The position numbers and the translations under genes are program-made. A stretch of 62,383 nt of DNA, counting the filler. It is 3 parts of 3 records of this genome, joined end to end, with 100 filler letters (N's around TTAATTAATTAA, not from the genome) between each part and the next. Parts side by side here need not be neighbours in the genome. Positions count along the whole stretch, not along the records: positions 38,908 to 62,383 come from SRR31156797_16893; 2 more parts are not named here. One strand, written 5' to 3'. Of this stretch, positions 39,061-48,868 are shown piece by piece; the first letter of the stretch is position 1, and every line of letters begins with the position of its first letter. The notes below the pieces were generated by a model. That model did not search any database, was not told where the DNA came from, and worked only from the letters and a program-made list of their open reading frames with translations.

Positions 39061-40128
39061 CTAATATCTCAAGCCCAGCTGTTTTTTCAGGTAAGTAAAG
39101 TCGATATGTTTTTCCACCAGATTAACGCCGTGTTTGATCTTGGCTGATTCACGCAGCTTATGACGGGAAAGAATATCTTCCATCTTCTTGGCAACGCTGA
39201 AAGTATCGTCCCGGACCACTATGATGGGTGTTTCCAGCACTTCTGAGCGGGTCAGGATGATATCATTCGGGTAAAGGTTACCGGTCAGCACCAGACAGGG
39301 ACATTCGCCTTCAAGAGCCACCAGCTGAACATCTGAACGGTCACCACCGACAATAACAGCGGAATTACGGTGTCTGCGAAAATGGGTCATAAAGTTTTCC
39401 ACCTGCATGGTACCGATAAGAAAACTTTCCACAGGCTGGTCGATGCGGTTGTGAGCAGTGATGATCTTGCCACCGAGACGATCAGCAAGGTCACCAACCT
39501 TGATGGTACCCATAAGCGGGTCCTTGGGAATTACGCCAAGCACCTTAACGCCTTTGCGTTCAAGGAACGGCTTAATCAGGGTGGTAATCTCATCCATAAA
39601 AGTCGGTGGGATATCATTGAGCACAACACCTGCCAAATGATCGCCCAAAGCTTCCTTGAGCACGACCAAATAATCGTAATTAAGTTCCTTCTGAAAGCGG
39701 TCGATGACCACGCATTTGATACCCAATTTCTTGACCAGATGAATGCCATCCACTCCGCAATATTTGCCGGAGTACATGGAACCGGACCCGGCAACCAGAG
39801 TCAGGTCTTTACCCGCGCTAATCTTGTCATAGCCGTCAACAATAGGCTGAACATGGTCCTCGACCTTGCCGTTAAAGGCCTGCACTTTGAAATCGTGAGT
39901 CACAACCACCGGGGTAACAACATTCGGAGGATTGGAAACACCGAGCACATCCTGAATAAAGAAAGCATCCTCATCGCCCAATCGTCCATCCACCTCCGCA
40001 GGAATGGCTCCCACGGGCTTCATGTACCCGAGGCTGATACCCTGCTTCTGAAAATGCAAACCCAAGCCCATGACAATCATGTTCTTGCCGGAATAGCCGC
40101 TAGTAGAACCAATATATAAACCGGACAT
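39061..40128 (-). CDS. Phosphotransacetylase N-terminal-like protein (BioD-like P-loop plus DRTGG)
   Basis: STSGYSGKN, GYMKPVG, IVGGDRSDVQL.ALE, LVLTG. Confidence 0.88.
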   Translation of the reverse strand: MSGLYIGSTSGYSGKNMIVMGLGLHFQKQGISLGYMKPVGAIPAEVDGRLGDEDAFFIQDVLGVSNPPNVVTPVVVTHDFKVQAFNGKVEDHVQPIVDGYDKISAGKDLTLVAGSGSMYSGKYCGVDGIHLVKKLGIKCVVIDRFQKELNYDYLVVLKEALGDHLAGVVLNDIPPTFMDEITTLIKPFLERKGVKVLGVIPKDPLMGTIKVGDLADRLGGKIITAHNRIDQPVESFLIGTMQVENFMTHFRRHRNSAVIVGGDRSDVQLVALEGECPCLVLTGNLYPNDIILTRSEVLETPIIVVRDDTFSVAKKMEDILSRHKLRESAKIKHGVNLVEKHIDFTYLKKQLGLRY

Positions 40129-40144
40129 AATGTCCTCCTTGTAA

Positions 40145-42253
40145 CTAACTTACTGTCATCCGCATGTTGGCGACAACTGCTCCATCCGGGCCTGCGATAA
40201 CCGGGTTGAATTCAGCTTCCTGAATTTCCGGTAGATCCGAAGCCATCTGGGACACCATGAGCAGCACATCCTCCAGAGCACCGAGATTCACCGCCGCGCC
40301 GGAGCGTACTCCCCGTAAAATAGGATAAGCCTTAATCTCACGGATCATTTCCTGCGCATCATTAAGCGCCAGCGGAGCCAGCCGTGATGATACATCACCA
40401 AGCAGGTCCACGTGAAGCCCCGCAAGGGAAAAATTTATGAGCGGACCGAACTGAGGGTCACGCTTGAAACTGACCACAACTTCATGGGAATCCTTCGGCC
40501 CCATGGCCTGAACCAGACACCCGGTAATATAGGCATCTTTGCACCTTCTGGTCGCCCGGGTGGTAATCTGCATAAACGCCTTACGCAGGGCCTGCGGAGT
40601 CTGGATATCTGTGACAACCAAGCCAAGCTCCTGCTTGCGGGAAATCTGGGGCGAAGCCACCTTGAGTGCCACTGGATACCCAATCCTCTTGGCGGCCTTG
40701 GCAGCCTGATTTGAGGTCCGGGCCAAGACAGTCTCAGGAACCGGAAGCTCATAAGCTGAAGCCAACTGCTGGGCGTCTAATTCTACAAGTTCGGTCAAAC
40801 CGGTCTTGCGACAGTTATCTACAATGGACTTGGCCTTGGAATAATCGCGCCTGAAGCAGACATCAATAGGCCAATCTTTTTTCTGCCAGCGGTAACAACG
40901 GGTCATGGCATCAAGGGAACGGACCGCAGCTTCAGGAAATTCATAGCAGGGAATTCCTGCAGCGCGGAGCATCCTGCGTGCCTTTCTGGTCGAATGGTCA
41001 CCCATAAAACAGGTGATGATGGGCTTGTCGCACTGCTTTTCCAGTTCAATAATATCTACGGCGGCTTTTTCCACATCTTCAAGGATATTGGCAGCCGGGG
41101 TCAGGATAACCAGAATGGAATGAAAGACATCATCCTCGGCAACAGCCCTAAGAACCTTGTGGTACGTATCCGCTTTTGCATCCCCAAGCATATCGATGGG
41201 GTTGTACAAAGAAGCATAACGAGGAAGGACTTCCCTCATTTTTTCAAGAGTAGCCGAAGACGGCCGGGAAATATTTAAAGTTCCCTTCTCCGCCATATCG
41301 GTGGCGAGAATTCCGGGGCCGCCAGAATTGGTGACAATAGCAACATTGGACCCGCTGGGCAAAGGCTGACAGGAAAAAGCATGGGCAAGATTGAACATGT
41401 CTTCAATATCTACGGCCTGCATCACCCCGGTCTGGTTGAACGCAGCATTGTATGCGGTGGTTGCCCCGGTCAAATGTCCAGCATGAGCGGACGCAGCCCT
41501 TGCACCGGAAGGGGTTTCCCCGGCCCGCAACAGGATGAGCGGTTTCTTGAAAGTGGTATCATAGGCCGTACGCAGGAAATCTTGTCCGTCATTAAGGGTT
41601 TCGCAATACCCGACAATAACCTTTGTATCTTCGTCATTGGCAAGATAATTAAGCATAGTTGCTTCGCCAAGTACGGCCTTGTTGCCAAGACTGATAAACT
41701 TTGCAAAGCCAACCCCTTCGCTGTTGGCCCAGTCAAGAGCAGTGCTGCACATGGCCCCGGACTGGGATAGAAAAGCAATATTACCTTTAAGGGTAAAATC
41801 AGGATCAAGACTGGCGTTCATAGACAAAGCGGAATTCATAAGTCCCATACAATTGGGACCGAGAATAATCATGTCGTGGTTCTTGGCTGTTCTTGCCAAT
41901 TGTCGTTCCAGACGATAACCTTCGCGTCCGGTCTCTCCGTAGCCTCCGCTGGTGACAACCGCAGCCCGGACCAAAATTTCTGAAAGTTCGTCCACAGCCT
42001 GAATAGCATCAGCTGGTGACAGGCAGATCAAGGCCAGATCGATTCCACGAGGAAGTTGGGAAACAGAAGAAAATGCGCCAAGTCCGTGAACTTCGGCTCC
42101 TTCCCCATTGACGGGGAATATTTTTCCCTTATATCCAGAGGCAAGAAGGTTGGCAGTAATTATGCTGGCCTTATCCTGAGGATCGGCAGAAATTCCGATT
42201 ACGGCAATCGCTTTGGGCTCAAACAAGGCCTTTAGACATGAATATGAGTACAT
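40145..42253 (-). CDS. ADP-forming acetate/acyl-CoA ligase (fused alpha-beta)
   Basis: GPNCMG, SQSGA, SLGNKA, phospho-His AHAG, TNSGGPG, NPIDMLGDA, ATP-grasp GYPVALKV and DPQFGP. Confidence 0.9.
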   Translation of the reverse strand: MYSYSCLKALFEPKAIAVIGISADPQDKASIITANLLASGYKGKIFPVNGEGAEVHGLGAFSSVSQLPRGIDLALICLSPADAIQAVDELSEILVRAAVVTSGGYGETGREGYRLERQLARTAKNHDMIILGPNCMGLMNSALSMNASLDPDFTLKGNIAFLSQSGAMCSTALDWANSEGVGFAKFISLGNKAVLGEATMLNYLANDEDTKVIVGYCETLNDGQDFLRTAYDTTFKKPLILLRAGETPSGARAASAHAGHLTGATTAYNAAFNQTGVMQAVDIEDMFNLAHAFSCQPLPSGSNVAIVTNSGGPGILATDMAEKGTLNISRPSSATLEKMREVLPRYASLYNPIDMLGDAKADTYHKVLRAVAEDDVFHSILVILTPAANILEDVEKAAVDIIELEKQCDKPIITCFMGDHSTRKARRMLRAAGIPCYEFPEAAVRSLDAMTRCYRWQKKDWPIDVCFRRDYSKAKSIVDNCRKTGLTELVELDAQQLASAYELPVPETVLARTSNQAAKAAKRIGYPVALKVASPQISRKQELGLVVTDIQTPQALRKAFMQITTRATRRCKDAYITGCLVQAMGPKDSHEVVVSFKRDPQFGPLINFSLAGLHVDLLGDVSSRLAPLALNDAQEMIREIKAYPILRGVRSGAAVNLGALEDVLLMVSQMASDLPEIQEAEFNPVIAGPDGAVVANMRMTVS

Positions 42254-42281
42254 TCGTTAATATAAATTCAAGCAGGTTTGT

Positions 42282-42986
42282 ATGGTAGAAGATTTTTCTC
42301 GCCTCCAGCAAGGTATCCACTATCGATTTTCTCAAGTCAAGCATTTAGCCACGGCACTTACTCATAGTTCCTGGGCAAATGAGCAATCTGAGCCTGTTGA
42401 AGACAACGAAAGACTGGAATTTTTAGGTGACGCAGTACTGGAACTCTGCGTTACAGAAGAGCTTTTTAAACGGTTTAAAGGTGCGCATGAAGGCCAGCTG
42501 ACCAAGATTAGATCAAAGCTGGTCAAAGAAAAAAGTCTTGCCACAATTGCCCGGGAACTGGACATCAACGAGTTTCTGAAACTGGGACGAGGCGAAGAAG
42601 CACAAGGCGGTCGCAACCGATCTTCCCTGCTGGCCGATGCCATGGAAGCAGTTATCGGGGCCGTATTTCTGGATGGAGGCTATGCTGAAGCCCAAAAATT
42701 CATAATGCGAATTTTTGAAGATAAATGGCCTGCAACTTTCAAAATAGAAAGTTCCAAGGATTTCAAGAGCAAATTGCAGGAAGTTACTCAGGCCAGATTC
42801 AAAGAACGTCCGACCTACGTGCTGACCGGAACCAAAGGCCCGGAACATGAAAAAATATTTATGGTGAATCTGAATCTCCCGAACGGGAAATCATTTGATT
42901 CGGAAGGTTCCAGCCTAAAAAAAGCCGAGCAGACTGCCGCGGCCAAGGCTCTGGACTATCTCACTGAAAACGAAAGCCCATCTTAA
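42282..42986 (+). CDS. rnc: Ribonuclease III
   Basis: ALTHSS, NERLEFLGDAVL, ADAMEAVIGA, dsRBD DFKSKLQE...AEQ.AA. Confidence 0.97.
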   Translation: MVEDFSRLQQGIHYRFSQVKHLATALTHSSWANEQSEPVEDNERLEFLGDAVLELCVTEELFKRFKGAHEGQLTKIRSKLVKEKSLATIARELDINEFLKLGRGEEAQGGRNRSSLLADAMEAVIGAVFLDGGYAEAQKFIMRIFEDKWPATFKIESSKDFKSKLQEVTQARFKERPTYVLTGTKGPEHEKIFMVNLNLPNGKSFDSEGSSLKKAEQTAAAKALDYLTENESPS

Positions 42987-43030
42987 TAAAGAACAAAGCC
43001 TTCAGGCTGTTCTTTCCTCTAAAAATGTTC

Positions 43031-43070
43031 AAGGACTGGGAGGCGGTGATCAATCGCCTCCACAGTCCTT
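43031..43070. terminator. Hairpin between convergent rnc and flagellin
   Basis: AAGGACTG-GGAGGCG...CGCCTCC-A-CAGTCCTT long stem. Confidence 0.6.
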
Positions 43071-43098
43071 AATCTTCACCCGATTATCTCAAGCGGTT

Positions 43099-43971
43099 TT
43101 AACCGCCAATGAGCTGCATTGCCATCTTCGGCAGTGAGTTAGCCTGCGAGAGCATCGCTACCGCGGACTGAGTGAGAATCTGGTTACGTACGAATTCGGT
43201 CATTTCGGTTGCTACGTCCACGTCGGAGATACGGGACTCTGCAGCCTGAACGTTTTCTGCCTGAATGGAGAGGTTGGTGATAGTGTTTTCCAACCTGTTC
43301 TGCATGGCACCAAGATTCGCACGAATCTTATCTTTTGAAATAATTGCCTGCTGAAGCTTATCGAGAGCCTGCTGCGCCAAAGCCTGTGTGGAGATGGAAG
43401 TCTGCACACCGAGGGCGGAAGCGGTGGATTCACCGATTGCGATGTAATAATAGTCTTCAGCGGAGTCGTTACCGGTTCCGAAGTGAACCTTTAGCGGTCC
43501 AGTGGAATGGAGTCCGTTACCGTTATGAGAACCGGTGTTGCCGGAAAGGTTACCGTTAAGCAGATGGATACCGTTGAAGTCGGTAGCATTTGCGATACGG
43601 GTAATTTCCGAGGCCATGGCCTGGAATTCAGAATCGATGATAAGGCGCTGGTCGGAGTTGTAGGTACCGGTGGATGCCTGGGTTGCCAGCTCTTTCATAC
43701 GGATGAGCTTTTCATCGATTACCTGAAGTGCACCGTCTGCGGTCTGAATCATGGAAATCGCGTCGTTAGCGTTTCTCATACCCTGGTTAAGGGATTTAAC
43801 ATCAGCTCGCATAAGTTCACGAATTGCGAGACCTGCAGCATCATCAGCTGCGGTACCGACTCTCAAGCCTGAGGAGAGGCGGCGGGTAGAAGTACCGAGA
43901 TTGCCGTACGATTCCTGAAGATTTCGCGAGGCATGCATCGCCATAAGGTTGTGGTTAATGACTAAGGACAT
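43099..43971 (-). CDS. fliC: Flagellin (short, 290 aa)
   Basis: MSLVINHN, RLSSGLR..TAADDAAGLAI, RANLGAMQNRLE, AESRISDVDVA.EM, QANSLP. Confidence 0.96.
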   Translation of the reverse strand: MSLVINHNLMAMHASRNLQESYGNLGTSTRRLSSGLRVGTAADDAAGLAIRELMRADVKSLNQGMRNANDAISMIQTADGALQVIDEKLIRMKELATQASTGTYNSDQRLIIDSEFQAMASEITRIANATDFNGIHLLNGNLSGNTGSHNGNGLHSTGPLKVHFGTGNDSAEDYYYIAIGESTASALGVQTSISTQALAQQALDKLQQAIISKDKIRANLGAMQNRLENTITNLSIQAENVQAAESRISDVDVATEMTEFVRNQILTQSAVAMLSQANSLPKMAMQLIGG

Positions 43972-44022
43972 ATCTGAACCTCCTTGTAGTTCACAAAATT
44001 CCGTTTTTGTTAACCAACCTTA

Positions 44023-44038
44023 AGCAGAGCGTGTGCCA
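44023..44038 (-). promoter_or_regulatory. Sigma54 -24/-12 promoter of flagellin
   Basis: TGGCACACGCTCTGCT (GG-N10-GC) about 50 nt upstream of the ATG. Confidence 0.85.
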
Positions 44039-44347
44039 AAACTATTTTTTCATTAAAATTCAAGCATTTAAATATGTAAATAAAGTCTAGACTTCTTTAT
44101 ATTAGGCTGAAGAGTCAATTTTTTCCCGCTCTTTCGAAGCATTAACTGTCATTTTTTAGAACAACGGGAAAAGCCGTCCCTCCCCCCTTCCAAACAACCG
44201 TTATTTATTACTTTTCAGCATAGCAAAGGATAACAACTAGGCATTTCCTGCCGCTCCAGCCACCAATCCTTCCAGAAGGAAGCATCAAGAAATACAAACC
44301 AATTAATATGGAGAAAACCTTTCTTAAGGTAGGCAAGAAAAAGAAAT

Positions 44348-44398
44348 AAAAAAGGGAAACCCCACTTCCGAAACGGCATTTTCGGGAGTGGGGTTTCC
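44348..44398 (-). terminator. Strong terminator after flgE
   Basis: About 19-bp stem GGAAACCCCACT...AGTGGGGTTTCC with a minus-strand T6 tail. Confidence 0.85.
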
Positions 44399-44494
44399 GG
44401 GTACCTGTGCAGTCGGGGGAGTCAGTCCCGTCTGCGGAGGTTGTAGAAGGAGTTTTCCTATATATTCAGCATCATTCAGGATACTTCATTCACT

Positions 44495-46144
44495 TTAGCG
44501 CTTGAGCTGGATAAGTTCGCCCATCATGGAGTCTGTTGTGGTAATAACCTTGGAGTTCGCCTGAAAACCGCGCTGGGTTGTGATCATGCTTACGAACTCA
44601 ACCGCAAGGTCCACGTTGGACATTTCAAGAGAGTTTGAGGCGATGGAGCCCTTACCGCTGCTGTTTGGTAATCCGGTCAAAGCATCACCGGATTCCCTTG
44701 TCTGGGTAAAAAGGTTACCGCCTTCACGTCGCAGCCCCCAGTCATTATTGAACGAGGCAATGGTCAGTACGTAGAGTTCCTGAATCTGACCGTTAGAATA
44801 ACGTCCGGTCAGAACCCCGTCCCTGCTGACAGAAGTACTCTGCAGAAAACCTGCGGTGTAACCGTCCTGAGACTGGAACAAAGTGGTGGAACCCGAGCTG
44901 TAACTGGTTGTGGACAGTGCACTCTTCTCAGCATCACCGAAATTGGGAATATTGCTTATGTCAGTAATATTCGTGCCGAGCAAACTAGCGTTTGATACTG
45001 TCGCCCCACCCCAACCTTTAGTCGTTCCGGTTCCAGAAAGGTCCTTGTTGTTTAATCCAAAATTCATCTCAACTGTTACCGGATCGTTGCTGGCATCAGT
45101 AAAGCTCGCATTTGACCTTGAAAGGAAGTTGGCTGTCAGAACAGGCAGACCGTCTTGCGAAAATTCTGCCAGAGACCATTCATCGGCATTTCTAAGGTCT
45201 GCCGCAGCAGTACCGCCGTTACTCTTAAGGGTAAAGGCTGATACACCTGTCAAATCACCGGCTGCGTTGAAAGTCATGGTTCCGGTCATGAGCATCCCGG
45301 CTGCGGAAGTTCCGGCGAAGTTTACACCGTCATCGGAGATACGACCGTCTTCTTCGGGGTCGCAGGTGACAATGAATTCCCAAACTTTCTTACCACCGGC
45401 ATTACTGAGGGTAACCTGATCAAAATACGTAGTCACGTTATGGGCAGAACCGTTGGCGTCATAGACCTTGATAGTAGACTGGTAGCCGTACAAAGAATCA
45501 CCCAGCGGCGGTTCAGCTGCACCATCCCATGAATTAAATAGGGAAAGGTAAGGAGCTGTACTATCGGTTGAACGGCTTGCTTCCCCTGAATCAAGGTTGG
45601 TAATCATATTAATAGTAGTAGTGGCCTTCGGTGCGGACTGAAAGTTCTCCAGCCTGATGTCGGTAGGCACACCGACGGTACGTACAGCATTACTGGTGCT
45701 CACACTGCTGCCGGTAGCAACCTGTGAATTACTCTCATCCTGTACCTGCCAGCCCTGCAGCACATAACCGTGCGGATCGGTAAGGTAACCGTCTTTATCA
45801 AAACGGAAGTTACCGGCTCTGGTGTAGTAGGAAGTCTCTTCATCCTTGGGAGAGACTATGAAAAATCCGTCACCACCGATTGCGAGGTCGGTGGACTCAG
45901 AGGTTGTTTCAAAAGACCCCTGAGCGAAGTCGGCATAAATTGCCCCAACCTGCACGCCTCGACCTACCTGTGCAACACCGGTAGCAGTAGACATGTCCTG
46001 ACTGATGGCGTCTTCAAAGTGCATTTTGGCACTTTTAAAACCGACTGTGTTTACGTTTGCAATGTTGTTACCGAGCACGGACATCTTGTCACCGTGTGCC
46101 TGCAAACCTGTGATTCCTGAGAATAATGATGCTGATAAACCCAT
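44495..46144 (-). CDS. flgE: Flagellar hook protein
   Basis: GNNIANVNTVGFK, TDLAIGGDGFF, YTRAGNF, LEMSNVDLA.EF..MITTQRGFQANSK. Confidence 0.96.
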   Translation of the reverse strand: MGLSASLFSGITGLQAHGDKMSVLGNNIANVNTVGFKSAKMHFEDAISQDMSTATGVAQVGRGVQVGAIYADFAQGSFETTSESTDLAIGGDGFFIVSPKDEETSYYTRAGNFRFDKDGYLTDPHGYVLQGWQVQDESNSQVATGSSVSTSNAVRTVGVPTDIRLENFQSAPKATTTINMITNLDSGEASRSTDSTAPYLSLFNSWDGAAEPPLGDSLYGYQSTIKVYDANGSAHNVTTYFDQVTLSNAGGKKVWEFIVTCDPEEDGRISDDGVNFAGTSAAGMLMTGTMTFNAAGDLTGVSAFTLKSNGGTAAADLRNADEWSLAEFSQDGLPVLTANFLSRSNASFTDASNDPVTVEMNFGLNNKDLSGTGTTKGWGGATVSNASLLGTNITDISNIPNFGDAEKSALSTTSYSSGSTTLFQSQDGYTAGFLQSTSVSRDGVLTGRYSNGQIQELYVLTIASFNNDWGLRREGGNLFTQTRESGDALTGLPNSSGKGSIASNSLEMSNVDLAVEFVSMITTQRGFQANSKVITTTDSMMGELIQLKR

Positions 46145-46193
46145 TAGAACCTCCTAAAGTCCTGTTGACTCGCGAATGTTTCCTTATCTCTTA

Positions 46194-46209
46194 AGCTGTG
46201 GCCATGCCG
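46194..46209 (-). promoter_or_regulatory. Probable internal sigma54 promoter for flgE
   Basis: CGGCATGGCCACAGCT (GG-N10-GC) in the flgD-flgE gap, 50 nt upstream of the ATG. Confidence 0.55.
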
Positions 46210-46218
46210 TTGGCCTGA

Positions 46219-46947
46219 TTAGCTTGAAGATGAATCGGATGATTCACTTGATGAATCAGAAACATCCGTCGGACTTACTACTTCTCTGATGTTGAGGAAG
46301 TTGATGTAGCGACCGTCTTTAAGGTGCAGGTATTGCTGCCCACCCTCGGAAACAACTCCGGAGACTTCACCACTGACTTCCGTCTTAACCATTACCGGAC
46401 TGCCCTTAGCGTCTTCCGCTGCCATGGCGATGGTGTAAACACCATCCGGAACATCCTTGCCTGCCCAGTTCTTTCCATCCCATTCGAACTCAAAGGTCCC
46501 TTCAGCCTTTGAACCGAGTTGAACAGTGCGGACAAGGTTTTTATTATTATCGTAAATATTAATGAACGCGTTTGCCACAGGCTCGCCGAGACCGTAGAAG
46601 ACCTTGCTGATCTTTCCGTTATCGCGGCTGATGGAATACCCTTCCGCCTTTACTTCTTTGCCGATGAAGCCAACTGCGGAGACCATCTGGTCCTGAGTGT
46701 TGTTATTGATCATAGTCTTGATGTTGCTATTCACCTGAGTGAGCTGTTCAAGACTGGAGAACTGTGCCATCTGCGCCATGTACTCTTTATCTTCCATGGG
46801 GTTTGCCGGGTCCTGGTTCTGCATCTGGGTAAGGAGGAGCTTCAGGAAGTCATCCTGTCCCAGCTGACTTTTATGTGTTGGCTGGTTGCTTGCTGCCATG
46901 TCGGCCTCTGCCCTGCCAAGTATGTTACTGAACCCTACGTATCCCAT
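46219..46947 (-). CDS. flgD: Flagellar hook capping protein
   Basis: DFLKLLLTQMQNQDP.NPM...AQMAQFSSLEQ, WDGK...G..VPDG.Y. Confidence 0.95.
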   Translation of the reverse strand: MGYVGFSNILGRAEADMAASNQPTHKSQLGQDDFLKLLLTQMQNQDPANPMEDKEYMAQMAQFSSLEQLTQVNSNIKTMINNNTQDQMVSAVGFIGKEVKAEGYSISRDNGKISKVFYGLGEPVANAFINIYDNNKNLVRTVQLGSKAEGTFEFEWDGKNWAGKDVPDGVYTIAMAAEDAKGSPVMVKTEVSGEVSGVVSEGGQQYLHLKDGRYINFLNIREVVSPTDVSDSSSESSDSSSS

Positions 46948-46989
46948 GACTACACCTCTTTATTTTTACTAAGCGGGGCTAAATTTATG

Positions 46990-48732
46990 TTAAGCCACTA
47001 TGTAAAGCCCGCTCTGGGAAATTTGTGCCTTCTGTTCTACAGATTGCATTTCCTGGGCCAAAGAGGTTCCTTCCTGTCTTAAAGTCTGCCAACGCTTACG
47101 CATTTCGGACATCATCTCCTGATATTGCGCGGCGTTATGGTCCTCAGCATTTTTCCATGAAGAGTCTGTCTGACCATCTGAAATACCGGTCTGGACTTCA
47201 AGTTTTTCCACCTTGAGACCCTGCTCTTCCAATGCCTGCTTCACAACTTCAAGCTGCTCGGCAATAACTTTCGCCGTATCAGGATTTTCCGCCCTGATTA
47301 TAGCCTGGACATCCTTATTCTTGACCTGCAGCATAACGTTAACTGTGCCGAGATCATGAGGATTAAGCTGCAATGTCAGTTGCTTGCGCCCCTGTCCGAG
47401 ATTCTTGAAAACACCTTCCTGAACCTGTTCCAGAATATTGGAACGGGCAGTTTTTTCCCACATAGTATCGGTCTTACCAGCCTGAGCAGACTTGACCGCA
47501 CTCTGCAGGGAGCCAAATCCATTACCGAAGATATTTCCGTTGAGATTTCCTTCGCCCTTCACGAAGGATTCATCGGAAAGCTTACCGAAAAAATCGTTCC
47601 AGCTGTCCTGATCATCGGAATCTGAAAGAAGCTGTTCCAGCCAGTGACGATTGGAATTCTTATCCTCAGCCTGTCCGGCATTCTGCTTGCCAGCATTGGC
47701 GTCACCTTTTAGGTCGGCACCATTCTTGGAAGGATTATTATCTTTCTGAGCTGGGTTTTCTCCATTCTGTCCATCCTGCTTGGAGCTCTCACTGATCTCC
47801 TTAGACGCACCCATGGAATCGCTGATCACATCAGCCGAGGCCATGCGCACAGTACTGGGAGATTGGTCGGAAGCTTTTTCCATGGCAGAATGCAGGGAAT
47901 TAGCTACAGTCTTGACTAACTTGAGATCCTTTCCATCCTGCTCAGCCTGCTGTTGGGCAAGTGCTGACTTGAGAACAGAAAAACCTTTTTTAAAATCACC
48001 GACAGTAGCCCCTTCAGCAGTAAGAAGCTGGGTAATTTTCTTACCCGCTTCCCCGTTAAGCTTAAACAGGTCGGTTAAGGTCTTGGTCTCATCTTCAGAA
48101 AGCTGAAGCTTTTCGGAGTCTGGCATGGCTGCCAGCTTGGCCTGCATTTTCTCAACTACATTGCCAAGCTTACCCTGACGAATGGAGGCCAACAGCCCCT
48201 TGGATTCATCCGGGGTAAAACCGAGCTGGGAAAAAATAGAGTTCAAATTTTGTTCTTGAATAGGGCTGAGCGTAATACCCTTCATACCCTTCATCATGCC
48301 GGAAAGTTCGGACACCAACTGGCCGTAAGTGATACCGTTTTCGCTCATTACCTTCTCTTCAAGATCGGCAATGTCTTTTTTATCAAGCCCGTACTCTTCA
48401 AGCTCTTCCTTGATTTCATTCCAGTCTTCACGGCTTACCGTAATATCCTGCGGCTGCTCTTCGACAGACTGCATGGCTACATTTTCCGCAGCTTCATCAA
48501 TATACTCAGCTGCGGCTTCAGGCTCGGCATAGGAAGTCGCTTCCTCATAAACGGAAGCAGCATCATGCACGAGATCTTGAACCGGCTGGTACGCTGCCTG
48601 AGCCTCGGACTGGCTGGAATAAAGGAAATTATCGAACATAGATGAGCGAAAAGACTCCTCAGACAGTGATGTTCTGTCCAGAAGATTGCTCAGGTCCTGA
48701 TTAGTTTGTTCGTGATGCGGAAGTATTTTCAT
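46990..48732 (-). CDS. fliK: Flagellar hook-length control protein
   Basis: C-terminal LQLNPHDLG.V.V...LKVEKLEV domain; low-complexity N part; ATG at 48732 has a GAGGAG SD. Confidence 0.88.
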   Translation of the reverse strand: MKILPHHEQTNQDLSNLLDRTSLSEESFRSSMFDNFLYSSQSEAQAAYQPVQDLVHDAASVYEEATSYAEPEAAAEYIDEAAENVAMQSVEEQPQDITVSREDWNEIKEELEEYGLDKKDIADLEEKVMSENGITYGQLVSELSGMMKGMKGITLSPIQEQNLNSIFSQLGFTPDESKGLLASIRQGKLGNVVEKMQAKLAAMPDSEKLQLSEDETKTLTDLFKLNGEAGKKITQLLTAEGATVGDFKKGFSVLKSALAQQQAEQDGKDLKLVKTVANSLHSAMEKASDQSPSTVRMASADVISDSMGASKEISESSKQDGQNGENPAQKDNNPSKNGADLKGDANAGKQNAGQAEDKNSNRHWLEQLLSDSDDQDSWNDFFGKLSDESFVKGEGNLNGNIFGNGFGSLQSAVKSAQAGKTDTMWEKTARSNILEQVQEGVFKNLGQGRKQLTLQLNPHDLGTVNVMLQVKNKDVQAIIRAENPDTAKVIAEQLEVVKQALEEQGLKVEKLEVQTGISDGQTDSSWKNAEDHNAAQYQEMMSEMRKRWQTLRQEGTSLAQEMQSVEQKAQISQSGLYIVA

Positions 48733-48757
48733 ATTCTGACTCCTCGTTCTTTTTGTA

Positions 48758-48773
48758 TTCACGAGGCGTGCCA
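48758..48773 (-). promoter_or_regulatory. Sigma54 promoter of fliK-flgD-flgE (variant -12)
   Basis: TGGCACGCCTCGTGAA: canonical -24, GA instead of GC at -12. Confidence 0.65.
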
Positions 48774-48868
48774 AAAATAAAAACCCTACATTTCAGGTAG
48801 TTAAAAGAAAAACATTCCATACTAAGATGGAACATTCTTCCCTTTTAAGAAAAATAATTCAGTGCTGC

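Noticed and set aside
39370-40119. Long antisense ORFs (249 aa here; also 46519-47082, 61015-61836 and many shorter)
   Set aside because: Shadows of well-supported genes on the opposite strand with no recognisable motifs.
48733-48774. ORF-track N-terminal extension of fliK
   Set aside because: It overlaps the sigma54 promoter; the ATG at 48732 has a proper SD.
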